A stretch of DNA of 64,000 bases, from the NCBI RefSeq assembly GCF_009914755.1, contig NC_060933.1. One strand, written 5' to 3'. Source of the stretch: the human T2T-CHM13v2.0 reference genome, Homo sapiens. Below the pieces are notes generated by a model. The model was not told where the DNA came from and ran no database searches. It worked only from the letters and a program-made list of their open reading frames with translations. Numbering within the stretch: position 1 is the first letter of the stretch; every line of letters begins with the position of its first letter. Below, in pieces: positions 17,225-29,899 of this stretch. A program made the translations under genes and the position numbers.

Positions 17225-17540
17225 GGCCAGGCACAGTGGCTCATGCCTGTGATCCCAGCACTTTGTGAGTTTGAGGCAGATGGATCTCCTGAGGACAGGA
17301 GTTTGAGGCCAGCCTGGCCAACATGGTGAAACCCTATCTCTACTAAAAATACAAAAATTTTCCTGGTGTGGTAGTGCATGCCTGTAATCCCAGTTACTTG
17401 GGAGGCTGAGGCACTAGAATCGCTTGAACCCTGGAGGTGGAGGTTGCAGTGAGCTGGGATCTCATCACTAAACTTCAGCCTGGGCAACAGAGTGAGACTC
17501 GGTCTCAAAAAGAATAATAATAAATATAATAAAATAAAAT
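17225..17540 (+). mobile_element. Alu SINE, AluS-like
   Basis: GGCCAGGCACAGTGGCTCATGCC start, dimer, A-rich tail, degenerate TSD. Confidence 0.92.
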
Positions 17541-19189
17541 AAGAATATCGGTTAAAATTATGATGTCTTTCTTTACCCAGTGATACAGCTCAGCATCAAA
17601 ATTCAATAATTATTCATGCTTATTTGAAATGAACAGCCAATTTTCTTTAATTATCTGATACCATCTTGATTTCCCCTTCTATCAGAAACTTTTAGAATAA
17701 CGAGTACAGTTGTTTCCAATAAAGTCATAAATATATATATGTGTAAATTTAATAGTTCAATTTTGTCATGCCATTAGTGAGAATGAAGACCTATCACCAC
17801 ATATACTGTGATTTATTTTTCATGTGTATACAGTTGTTTACTAATATTAAACCCTGGAGTGAACTAAAATATTCATAAACAATATTAACAATGGACAAAA
17901 AATAGAAATTCTGTATTGTAACTCCTTTAGTGGCTATACAAAATAATTATTTTCCAGTAAGAGGTAAATTAATAGAAATAAAATTTCCATAAACAATATT
18001 TTAATGTGTCTATTCATGTCTGAATGGGGTAGAGTTATTTGTGTCTTTTCACTAAATGCTTTCCACTAGATCCTTAGTTATAATGCATTGCATCTATTTG
18101 ATAATTGTTAATTATTTTTTGAAAATAATTTCTAGCAATCTCAAATAGACAATAGTGAATGTTACACAAGATGATACCTGTCACCAAAAAAGTAACTGAG
18201 AAGTAGAATGTTTGTGAGCTTGAGAGAGAGAGAGAAAGAGGGGGAAAAGGCAAGAGGAGAAACTCACCAAATTTTAGAATTGAATATCCCCAAAATAAAT
18301 TCCATTAAAGACTCGCCATCTTAGTATTTGCACTGTAAACAATTCAGTGGAAATTATAGCCATTTAACTGCTCCTTTTCAAAATCCATGTATTAGAGTAT
18401 GGGACAATGAATTCAAGAGCAGCTACTTCTAAAAATCATATTTAACCTAAATCACTGAATTGCTCTTAACAAGTGACCTTCGAACATCTCTTAGAAAACT
18501 TAGAAAACGTTTTCTAAAAGAAGGATCTCAATGAAACATCAATAAATGTTCAATGCTCAGTTAAAAGGAAACATTTATTTACTAAAGAATTACTTTTTCT
18601 GATGAAGAGCTAAATTTGCACTAGTAAAAATTATCTTTAAATTATCAAAAAATAGTTGACTTGAATTTGAAAATGTGTCTTGCAAAGAAGCTATCATAAT
18701 ACTGCCACTGTAATATTGCTGTTAATTATTTTCATCACAAACTTTGGTAATTTTTCTTTATCAATTTTTCAAATAGTTATAATAAGAACCACTTTGAAAC
18801 AATTGAAATAATTAATTTTTGTTTTATTTAGAGAAAAGTAAGTCAAGTTGTACTTCCTTTCAAATGTTTTCCTTATGTCAGTATTAAACTTCTAATACAA
18901 ATTCCCTTTAATAATGAAAGAAAAATGAACTACTTAAAGTAGAACATGAGGTTTTTAAAATTATACTTTAAGTTCTGGGGTACATGTGCAGAAAGTGCAG
19001 GTTTGTTACATAGGTATACATGTGCCATAGTGGTTTGCTGCACCCATCAACCCATCATCTACATTAGGTATTTCTCCTAATGCTATCCCTCTACCAGCCC
19101 CCTACTCTCTGACAGGCCCCTGTGTGTGATGTTCCTCTCCCTGGGTCCATGTGTTATCATTGTTCAACTCCCACTTATGAGTGAGAACA

Positions 19190-22100
19190 TGTGTTGTTTG
19201 GGTTTCTGTTCCTGTGTTAGTTTGCTGACAATGATGGTTTCCAGCTTCATGCATGTCCCTGCAAAGAACATGAACTAATCCTTTTTTATGGCTGCATAGT
19301 ATTCCATGGTGAATATGTGCCACATTTTCTTTATCCAGTCTATCATTGATGGGCATTTGGATTGGTTCCAAGTCTTTGCTATTCTGAATACTACTGCAAT
19401 AAACATACATGTCCATGTGTCTTTATAGAATAATTTATACTCCTTTGAGTATACACAGTAATGAGACTGCTGGATCAAATGGTATTTCTGATTCTAGATC
19501 TTTGAGGAATCACCACACTGTCTTCTACAATGGTTGAACTAATTTTCACTCCCACCAACAGTGTAAAAGCGTTCCTATTTCTGCACATCCTCTCCAGCAT
19601 CGGTTGTTTCCTGACTCTCTAATGATCACCATTCGAACTGGCATGAGATGGTATCTCGTTGTGGTCTTGAATTGCATTTCTGTAATGATCACTGATGATG
19701 AGCTATTTTTCATGTTTGTTAGACGCATAAATGTCTTGTTTTGAGAAGTGTCTGTTCATATCCTTTGCCTACTGTTTGATGGGGTTGTTTATCTTTTTCT
19801 TGTAAATGTGTTTAAGTTCCTTGTAGATTCTGGATATTAGCCTTTTGTCAGATGGATAGATTGCAAAAATTTTCTCCCATTCTGTAGGTTTCCTGTTCAC
19901 TCTGATGATAGTTTCTTTTGCTGCGCAGAAGCTCTTTAGTTTAATTAGATCTCCTTTGTCAATTTTGGCTTTTGTTGCAGTTGCTTTTGGTGTTTTAGTC
20001 ATGAAGTCATTGTCCATACCTATGTCCTGAATGGTATTGCGTAGGTTTTTTTCTAGGGTTTTTATGGTTTTACGTCTTATGTTTAAGTCTTTTAACCATC
20101 TTGAGTTAATTTTTGTATAAGATGTAAGAAAGTGTTCCAGTTTCTGTTTTCTGCATATGACTAGCCAGTTTTCCCAACACCATTTATTAAATTAGGGAAT
20201 CCTTTCCCCATTGCTTGTTTTTGTCAGGTTTGTCAAAGATCAGATGGTTGCAGATGTTACGTAGGCATTATTTCTGAGGCCTCTGTTCTGTTCCATTGGT
20301 CTATATATCTGTGTTGGTACCAGTACCATGCTGTTTTGGTTACTGCAGCCACGTAGTATAGTTTGAAGTCAGGTAGCATGATGCCTCCAGCTTTGTTCTT
20401 ATTGCTTAGGATTGTCTTGGCTACGTGGGCTCTTTTTTTATTACATATGAAATTTAAAGTAGTTTTTTCTAGTGCTGTGAAGAAAGTCAATGGTAGCTTG
20501 ATGGGAATAGCATTGAATCTATAAATTACTTTGGGCAGTATGGCCATTTTCATGATACTGATTCTTCCTATCCATGAGCATGGAATGTTTTTCCATTTGT
20601 TTGTGCCCTCTCTTATTTCCTTGAGCAGTGGTTTGTAGTTCTCCTTGAAGAGGTCCTTCATGTCCCTTGTAAGTTGTATTCCTAGGTATTTTATTTTTGT
20701 AGCAATTGTGATTGGGAGTTCACTCATGATTTGACTCTCTATTTGTCTATTATTGGTGTATAGGAATGCTTGTGATTTTTGCACATTGATTTTGTATTCT
20801 GAGACTTTTCTGAAGTTGCTTATCAGCTTAAGGAGATTTTGGGCTGAGACAATGGAGTTTTCTAAATATACAATCATGTCATCTGCAAACAGAGTCAATT
20901 TGACTTCCTCTCTTCCTATTTGAATACCCTTTATTTCTTTCTCTTGCCTGATTGCCCTGGCCAGAACTTCCAATACTATTTGAATAGGAGTGGTGAGAGA
21001 GGGCATCTTTGTCTTGTGCTGGTTTTCAAAGAGAATGCTTCCAGCTTTTGCTCATTCAGTATGATATTGGCTGTGGGTATGTCATAAATAGCTTATTGTT
21101 TTGAGATACATTCCATCAATACCTAGTTTATTGAGAGTTGTTAGCATGAAGGGTGTTGAATTTTATTGAAGGCTTTTTCTGCATCTATTGAGATAATCAT
21201 GTGGTTTTTGTCATTGGTTCTGTTTATGTGATGGATTACGTTTATTGATCTGTGTATGTTGAATCGGCCTTGCATCCCAGGGATGAAGCCAACTTGATTG
21301 TGGTGGATAAACTTTTTGATGTGCTGCTGGTTTCAGTTTGCCAGTATTATATTGAGGATTTTTGCATCAGTGTTCATCAAGGATATTGACCTGAAATGTT
21401 CTTTTTTGTTGTTGTGTGTCTCTGCCAGGTTTTGTTACCAGAATGATGCTGGCCTCATAATATGAGTTAGGGAGGAGTCCCTCTTTTTCTATTGTTTAGA
21501 ATAGTTCCAGAAGGAATGGTACCAGATCCTCTTTGTACTTCTGGTAGAATTTGGCTGTGAATCCCTCTGGTCCTGGGGTGTTTTTTTTGTTTTTGTTTTT
21601 GTTTTTTTTTTTTTTTTTTTTTGGTTGGTAGGCTATTAATGCTTCAGTTTCAGAAATTGTTATTGGTCTATTCAGGGATTCGACTTCTTCCTTGTTTAGT
21701 CTTGGGAGGGTGTATGTGTCCAGGAATGTATCCATTTCTTCCAGATTTTCTAGTTTATTTGAGTAGAGATGTTTCTACTATCCTCTGATGGTAGTTTGTA
21801 TTTCTGTGGGATCAGTGGTGATCTCCCCTTTATCATTTTTTATTAGGTCTGTTTCATTATTCTCTTTTTTCTTCTCTATTAGTCTGGCTAACAGTCTATC
21901 TATTTTGTTAATCTTTTCAATTCTTTGATTTTTTTGAACTTTTTTTGTGTCTCTATCTCCTTTAGTTCTGCTCTGATCTTAGTTATTTCTTAGCTTCTGC
22001 TAGTTTTCGAATTTGTTTGTTCTTGCTTCTTTAGTTCTTTTCATTGTGATGTTAGGGTATCAATTTTAGATCTTTCCTGCTTTCTCCTGTGGGCACTTAG

Positions 22101-23007
22101 TGCTATAAATTTCCCTCTATACACTGCTTTATTTGTGTCCCAGAGGTTCTGGTATGTTGTGTCTTTGTTCTCACGGTTTCAAATAACTTATTTATTTCTG
22201 CCTTAATTTGTTATTTACCCAGTAGTCATTCGGGAGCAAGTTGTTCAGTTTCCATGTATTTGTGCAGTTTTGAGTGAGTTTCTTAATTCTGAGTTCTAAT
22301 GTGATTACACTGTGGTCTGAGAGACTCTTTGTTATCATTTCCATTCTTTTGCATTTGCTGAGTAGTGTTTTACTTCCAATTATGTGGTCAATTTTAGAAT
22401 AAGTGCGATGTGGTGCTGAGAAGAATGTATATTCTGTTGACTTCCAGTGGACAGTTCTGTAGATGTCTATTAGGTCCACTTGGTCCAGAGTTGAGTTCCA
22501 GTCCTGAATATCCTTGTTAATATTTTGTCTCCTTGATCTGTCTAATATTGACAGTGGGGTGTTAAAGTCTCCCATGATTATTGCGTAGGAGTCTAAGTCT
22601 CTTTATAGGTCTCCAAGAATTTGCCTTATGAATTTGTGTTCTCCTGTATTGGGTACATATATATTTAGGATAGTTAGCTCTTCTTGTATTGCTCCTTTAC
22701 CATTATGTAATGCCCGTCTTTGTCTTTTTTCATCTTTGTTGGTTTAAAGTCTGTTTTATCAGAAACTAGGATTACAACCCCTGCTTTTTTTTTTCTTTTT
22801 TTGCTTTCCATATGCTTGGTAAATATTTATCCATCCCTGTATTTTGAGCCTATATGTGTCTTTGCATGTGAGATGAGTCTCTTGAATACAACACAGTGAT
22901 GGGTCTTGAATCTTTATCCAATTTGCCAGTCTGTGTCTTTTAATTGTGGGTTTTAGCCTGTTTATATTTATGGTCAATATTGTTATGTGTGAATTTGATC
23001 CTGTCAT
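19190..23007 (-). pseudogene. L1 ORF2p (endonuclease/reverse transcriptase), disrupted by stops and frameshifts
   Basis: Collinear ORF2p fragments; longest 249 aa (20257-21006) includes the FADD motif. Confidence 0.92.
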
Positions 23008-23070
23008 TATGATGCTAGCTGGTTATTTTGCCTGTTAGTTGATTCAGTTTCTTCATAGTGTTGATGGTCT

Positions 23071-24075
23071 TTACAATTTGGTATGTTTTTGCAGTGGCTG
23101 GTACCAATTTTTCCTTTCCATATTTAGTGCTTCCTTCAGGAGCTCTTGTGAGGCAGGCCTGGTGGTGAGAAAATCTCTTAGTATTTGCTTGTCTGTAAAG
23201 GATTTAATTTCTCCTTCACTTATGAAGCTTAGTTTGGCTGGATATGAATTCTGGGTCAAAAATTGTTTTCTTTAGGAATGTTGAATATTGGCCCCCACTC
23301 TTCTGGCTGGTAGGGTTTCTGCAGAGAGATCCGCTGTTAGTCTGATGGGCTTCCCTTTGTGGGTAATTTGACTTTTCTCCCTGGCTGCCGGTAACATGTT
23401 TTTTCTTTTTCAACCTTGGTGAATCTGACAGTTATGTGTCTTGGGGTTGCTATTCTCGAGGAGTATCTTTGTGGTATTATCTGTATTTCCTGAATCTGAA
23501 TGTTGACCCTAGGGTGGGGAAGTTCTTGAGTGTTTTCCAACTTGGTTGCATTCTCCCCACCACTTTCAGGTACACCAATCAAACATGGGCTTGGTCTTTT
23601 CACATAGTCCCATATTTCTTGAAGGCCTTGTTCATTCCTTTTTATTCTTTTTTCTCTAATCTTGTCTTCACACTTCATTTCATTAAGTTAATCTTCAATC
23701 TCTGATATCATTGTTCCACTTGACTGATTCTGCTATCGATACTTGTATGTGCTTCACGAAGTTCTTGTGCTGTGTTTTTCACCTCCTTCAGGTCATTTAT
23801 GTTCTTCTCTAAACTGCTTATTCTAGTTAGCAATTAGTCTAACCTTTTTTCAAGTTTCTTAACTTCTTTGCATTGGGTTAGAACATGCTCCTTTAGCTCA
23901 GAGTAGTGTGCTATTACCCACCTTCTGAAGCCTACTTCTGTCAATTTGTCAAACTCATACTCCATCCAGTTTTGTTCCCTTGCTGGCAAGGAGTTGTGAG
24001 CCTTTGGAGGAGAAGAGGCATTCTGGTTTTTGCAATTTTTATCCTTTTTGCCCTGTTTTTTCCTCATCTTCATGG
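23071..24075 (-). pseudogene. L1 ORF1p, disrupted
   Basis: 'IKRNEQGLQEIWDYVKRP', 'YPAKLSFISEGEIKSFTDKQILRDFLTTRPA'; frameshifts and an internal deletion near 23520. Confidence 0.92.
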
Positions 24076-25272
24076 ATTTATCTGCCTTTGGTCTTTGATG
24101 TTGATGACCTTTGGATAAAGTTTTTTTTGTGGGCATCCTTTTCGTTGATGGTGATGCTATTCCTTTCTTTTTGTTAGTTTTCATTCTGAGAGTCAGGCCC
24201 CTCTGCTACATGTCTGCTGGAGTTTGCTGGAGGTCCACTCCAGACCCTGTTTGCCTGGGTATCACCAGTGGAGGCTGCAGAACAGCAAAGATCGCTGCCT
24301 GTTCTTTCCTCTAGAATCTTTGTCCCAGAGGGGCACCTGCCAAATGCCAGCCAGAGCTCTCCTGTATGAGATGTCTGTTGACTCCTGCTGGGAGGTGTCT
24401 CCCAGTCAGGAGGCACAGGGGTCAGGGACGCACTTGAGGAGTCAGTCTGTCCCTTAGCAGGGCTCAAGTGCTGTGCTGGGAGATCTGCTGCTCTCTTCAG
24501 AGCGGGGAAGCAGGAACGTTTAAGTCTGTTGAAGCTGTGCCCACAGCCACCCCTTCCCCCATGTGCTCTGTCTTGGGGAGATAGGAGTTTTATCTATAAG
24601 CCCCTGACTGGGGCTGCTGCCTTTCTTTCAGAGATGCTCTGCGCAGAGAGAAGGAATCTAGCAGGCAGTCTGGTTACAGAGGCTTTGTTGAGCTGCAGTG
24701 GGCTCTGCCCTGTTTGAACTTCCTGGTGGCTTTCTTCACACTGTGAGGGCAAAACTGCCTACTCAAGCCTCAGTAATGGTGGATGCCGCTCGCCCCACCA
24801 AGCTCGAGCATCCCAGGTCAGCTTCAGACTGCTGTGCTTACAGTGAGAATTTCAAGCCAGTGGATCTTAGCTTCCTGGGCTCCGTGGCAGGTGGAGGGAC
24901 AGAGGGATTCTGCTGAACTAGACCACTTGGCTCCCTGCTTCAGCCCCCTTTCCATGGGAGTGTACAGTTCTGTCTTGCTGGCATTCCAGGCACCACTGGG
25001 GTACGAAAAATGACTCCCGCAGCTAGCTCGGTGGCTGCCCAAATAGCCGCCCAGTTTTGTGTTGAAACCCAGGACTCTGGTGGTGTAGGCACCTAAGGGA
25101 GTCCACTGGCCTGTGGGTTGGGAAGACCGTGGGAAAAGTGTAGTATCTGGGATGGAATGCACCGTTCCTCACGGCGCAGTCTCTCTTGTCTAGGGGAGGG
25201 GATTTCCCAACCCCTTGCATTTCCTGGGTGAGGCAATGCCCCCACGCTGTTTTGGCTCGCCCTCTGTGGGCT

Positions 25273-25383
25273 GATTCTATTCAATTTCAAGGGTGATCAG
25301 ATATTGAGGGTAGGTTATTGACTAAACAAATTCAGCAGGATTCTTGTGAAAATTGGATTTATAACAACATCCCCCAAAATGGA
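25273..25383 (+). repeat. 111-bp direct copy of 26203-26312 embedded in the L1 5'UTR
   Basis: Manual alignment gives about 8 differences between copies. Confidence 0.95.
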
Positions 25384-26134
25384 CTAGCCAGTCCCAATGA
25401 GATGAGCTGGGCACCTCAGTTGGAAATGCAGAAATCACCTGCCTTCTGTGTTGATCTCACTGGGAGCTGCTGAACAGAGCTGTTTGTATTCGGCTGTCTT
25501 GCCAGCCACCCAGAACATGAGTTTTTGAAGGTGAATCTGAGTTACAATACTTTTAATTCTTTTAAGTATGATCACATTACATTTTTTTTATTAACTCAGA
25601 ATGCCTCATGGTTATATCTAATTTTCTGTAATAACATTAATTTTAAAAATGTAAATAAAAAAATAAAAAATTTAGAACCCAGATAAAAGGCAAACAATGT
25701 TTGCCCTGTTCTTTTATAGGTCAAATTTAAGGGAAGAACTTCAACTGACATAACAATGATCACATTGTGGAACACAGATGAGAATCAGAACTTAAATTAT
25801 CAAGGAACCATTATCTGAATTATATATTTTACTTAGGGCTTTATTGTATCATAAATTTCCTATAGCAAAACATAAAAATCATTAGGATATGAAGAACTTA
25901 TTGATATGACTGGATGTTAATTGTATGTGCTTGATATGAAAAAATGTGCAAATATTATACTCCTAGCTATATCTAAGAATTATCTCTGAATGGTATTGGA
26001 TTTAAGTGTATACAAGTGCCTTCAAGGGATAATATTCTTATTTATCTATACAGTTTCTTCTGATCTTGCATAGTACTTTTATATGGTATTCACACAATTA
26101 TGTCTATTTGTAAAGACTCAAAAAATATTTAGTG

Positions 26135-26376
26135 CCAAAGCAACTTGACAGGATTCTTGCTGAAGGCAAGTGTGGGTAATCAGATGCCTAGGGTGGGACT
26201 GGGATCCTATTCGATTTCAAGGGTGATCAGATATTGAGGGTGGGATATTGAATAACAAAATCAGCAGGATTCTTGTGAAAACTGGATTTATAACAACATC
26301 CCCCAAAATGGAGCCTACTTGAAAAATATCTCAGAGGGACCTGACTAAAGTTTGGTCAAGGAGAGAATCTTTGTCA
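26135..26376 (-). mobile_element. MER31-like LTR (3' LTR, partial)
   Basis: Reverse complement starts TGACAAAGATTCTCTCCTTGACCAAACTTTAGTCAGG (recalled MER31 start), directly preceded by polypurine tract AAGAGGAGGGAA. Confidence 0.8.
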
Positions 26377-26599
26377 TTCCCTCCTCTTGTTCAAAAATAA
26401 CAACAAAAACAAACAAACAAATGGACAAACAAAAGAGGCAATTTTCTTTCCTCTGAACATTAAGTCAATTTCTTGTGTTGTTGCCTTTTGTTCTTTTTTA
26501 ATCAGCTGACCTATCTGTTAGGACTTGGTGACAATTGCTAATTTCTGTACAGTGCAACCTATGAGACTTTTAATGAGAGGGAAATCTATTAAGATAAAC

Positions 26600-27260
26600 A
26601 GAATGACAAAGATTAGAATTTGGTCAGTCTATAAGCCAAGCTTTGAAGACCTTCAGGGATCCATCAGCAAAAGTCTCAGGGCCCACTGTCTTTTCTCAGT
26701 GTTGTCAGTGTGATGGCAGTGATGCCATGAATTTTTTTTCTTCTACCGTGCAAACCTTCTTAGTTATGGCAGTGATGTCAGATAGACGGCTGAGCATGGT
26801 AAAGACAGTAAAGGCAGTGAAGTCTTAGATTAATGTATGTTACTTTTCGATGTTCTGTATGATTTTCCCAATGAAATGTGATTACATCTCTGTCACTAGA
26901 GATGGTAGAGAAGGTACCCCAAGTAGGGAAGATTTGTTCTAGGGAATCTTTGGCAACTGATGTTGCTGAAGCATTTAGTCAGGGGAAAGTCTCCAATCAT
27001 CTAGAAAATACACAGATTAGCTTGAGTACATATTGGTAGCATTGTGCTTTTAGCATTTGTCAGCCAAGGAAGGATCCTGGGTGTGCTGTTTCCCTGCCTT
27101 GCCTCACCTTTACATTTTTTCCAGGGTAGATGAGGAAAGTAATAATTCCTTGGTTCACATAAAAACTAAAGTGTCCAAACTACATTTGTTTAATATATTT
27201 TGTGTTTTGTTCTCTCCTGGATGAGTCATGTTTTCTAAATCACACACGATGGCTTGAGAG
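26600..27260 (-). pseudogene. ERV integrase remnant
   Basis: Manual translation: 'LENMTHPGE' (zinc-finger region) and 'YQYVLKLICVFSR*LETFP*LNASATSVAKDSLEQIFPTWGTFSTISSDRD'. Confidence 0.8.
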
Positions 27261-27539
27261 ATAGACTTGGGAGTACCAAGCAGCTGTCTTGAGGTTTATA
27301 AAGTTCATGTGGAGATTATACATCTGACTTTTTCCTTTCCAGTCTTTCAGAGTCTGAACTCATTATTTGGTCCACGTGAATATCTTTTTACGATTTACTT
27401 AGAAGTCATGCTAAAGAAGTTATCTTCTTCAAGGAAGAATGCATAGTCCCATCAGTGTTCCAGGGCCATGGAGTGAGACCCTGGGGCGTAGTTGCATAGC
27501 TTGGAAATCGCTTGGATTTCTTGGATGGTTGGGGAAGGG

Positions 27540-27900
27540 GTTGTTAATTTATTGTATTTTTTTAGCTAATTTATTTCCCTGTGCCCCATCTGAGCTTTTT
27601 CTGTACTATGTCCCTAAGTTTTAATTATAGCAGTGTTCTGGGGATACAACAGTGCCTCTAGAAGTTCTGCTATTTGTGGCAAATATTTTTACTGGAGTAC
27701 CAATTGCTGTCATTAATTCTCTCTGTTTCCATAACATCCTCAAATTATGAATTGCACCCAAAACATAACACTTATTAGTATATATGCTAACCTCCCTTAT
27801 TTTCACTCTTTTGCCAACTCCAGTAAGAGAGATTAACTCAGTCACTTGGCAAAACTTGATGTTCTAGAGGTTTATGTTGATCAGTGACAGCATATTGAAC
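27540..27900 (-). pseudogene. ERV RNase H remnant
   Basis: 'TELISLT...VSIYTNKCYVLGAIHNLRMLWKQRELMTAIGTPVK', then in other frames 'ELLEALLYPQNTAII' and 'GNKLA'. Confidence 0.85.
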
Positions 27901-28499
27901 CTAGAAGATCCTATCTCCCCTCTGGAGATAGGAACAATCCTGGAGATAGGAACCATCAACATAAATAGTGAGGTCAACTTGGACAAGGGTGTTTTCTGAT
28001 AAATCTAGCCTAGGACAAGATAATTATCTACTGTTAACAATACAATCATGGGGTGTCTCATCAGTGGGCAAAGGAAGCAAGGTGGCAAGGTTAAGGTTTT
28101 GACAGAAATGTGTTGCGATATGAGGGGGTGAGAATAGCAAAATCACAAAGGATAAGTTGGGACTTAGGAAAATGTTGTGTGTTTTTATTAAGGAAGAGGG
28201 TCTGCATAGATGAAAAACCACATATGTCATGTAGATGATCTAATATTAAATCAGAGATAGCTTAGAAATATTTGGTGGTCGCAACCATATAGCTTGAAGG
28301 CAAGCGTATATGCCTTAGCTACTGGGTCTAAAGCCAAACTGTATCATCCCAGAGGTTTCTGGTGCCCATTATGCCTCTGGCATAACACTCTAGGGCTATG
28401 ACCCTCTTGTAATGCACAAATAAGGACAAAAGCAAGGAGTGATTGTAAAGTCCAAGTGTAGAAAGTGAAAGTAGAAATCCCCTAAGGTCATGGAAAGCA

Positions 28500-29350
28500 T
28501 CTTTGGATAAGTGTTCCCAGAGTACCAGATCTGCAGATGATTCTCTAGTTAAGGCATAGAAGGTGAAGGTGAGGCATTCACAGAGAAATTAAGAATCCAC
28601 ATTTTACCATATCCCACAAGACCCCAAAATTCTCTCAGTTGTTTGGTTTCAGGGAGAGAAAAATGCTGAAGAGTAGAGCCTCATCTAGAGATAGTTTTAT
28701 CTGTGGCTGAAATATTATGACTCAGCTATTAAATATATTGTGAGCATATTTGAATTTCATCTCTAGCCCTCTTGTGCCCCTTTCTTGCTAATGCCTTAAG
28801 GAGGTATTCAGGGTTTAAAAGGCAGTTGTCATAACTGTCAGAACATAGAAGGAGACCATTTACATATTGGATTAAGGTAGTCTCCTGGGAATTTTATGTT
28901 TTCCAAATTGACATTTAGGGTGTCCGAAAAATGAAAAATATGTTGGTGTCTCAGCAGATCCTTAGGGTATAGCAGTCCAGGTACACTGTTGGTTTTCCCA
29001 GGTGCAGGCAAACAAGTTTTGGGATTTCTTATAAAAGGGGATACTAAAAATGGCAGAACGCAAATCAATGGCCATGAAAAATTGGGTATTGGAAGTGATA
29101 GCAGACAGGATAGTATTAAGAACTAAGGGAAAAAATCTAGATTTGACAATTTTATCGATATATCTCAGATCTTAATGGCCAAAAATTGTGATTATTATGT
29201 GACTAGAAACATAACGGCCAAAAATTTTGAGTACTACATGACTAGAAATAAAGACAAGAAATTTTTGGTCAAATAACATGGATTATCAGGCAGAGTTCCT
29301 CGAGTCCTGCTGGATTTAAATGATCTTGGGAAATCCTGCGGCAGGGTATG
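28500..29350 (-). pseudogene. ERV reverse transcriptase remnant
   Basis: 'FMAIDLRSAIFSIPFYKKSQNLFACTWENQQCTWTAIP*GSAETPTYF' and 'LIQYVNGLLLCS' (decayed YVDD at ~28855-28866). Confidence 0.88.
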
Positions 29351-29539
29351 AGAGAATTTATTTCTACCTTAAGCATTTCTGCAGCTCAAATGCATCCAGT
29401 ATTGGTAAAGGAGAAGAAATTCTGTCTAACAGTTCATTTAAATCATTAAATAGGTGTTAGATTGAAGGGGGCAAAGGAACTTAGGGAGGATGGACAAAGC
29501 TGTTAGAGGATATAGACATGAAAGGAAGTAGCTGGGGAC

Positions 29540-29880
29540 CTGCAGAAGGAGTTCTTCCAGGGCACAAAAAAATTTATACCCAAATTCATGATAAGACTGA
29601 ATCCTAACAAATGTACTGGGGTAGTAGAGCTGAGAAGGAATTTATGTAGAACTTTAAAAGATCCCATAGAAATATTAAGAGTTTGAAACAGAGGTAAATC
29701 ATGAGGCGAATTATAAAAACTCACAACTAGTTAAATATGATGATTCCAAGAAAGTAGGGGAAATAAAACGAAGCAGTGTTAAGGGTAAATTGTGCTGCCC
29801 TGGTAATGAGAAACATGTTGGAGTGCCCTTCAATGAATAGATATTTTTCCCCCTTGTGAGTTTAGTGATAGTTGAGGGCA
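29540..29880 (-). pseudogene. ERV aspartyl protease remnant
   Basis: 'FLITRAAQFTLN' (decayed FLIDTGA) and 'HKFLLSSTTPVHLLG'. Confidence 0.7.
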
Positions 29881-29899
29881 TTGGTTATTTACCTCCCCA

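Larger units (their letters stand above)
18951..25511 (-). mobile_element. Full-length decayed LINE-1, L1PA7-like (~6.56 kb)
   Basis: 5'UTR, ORF1 pieces, ORF2 EN ('MTGSNSHITIL', 'MGDFNTPLS', 'SDHS'), RT ('[11 protein letters not shown]'), C-terminal 'CWRGCAEIGTLLHCWWE', 3'UTR; TSD AGAACATGAG at 18941-18950 and 25512-25521. Confidence 0.95.

Noticed and set aside
20257-21006. 249-aa ORF with FADD RT motif as an active reverse transcriptase gene
   Set aside because: It is a fragment of L1 ORF2p in an element with many stops and frameshifts in both ORFs.
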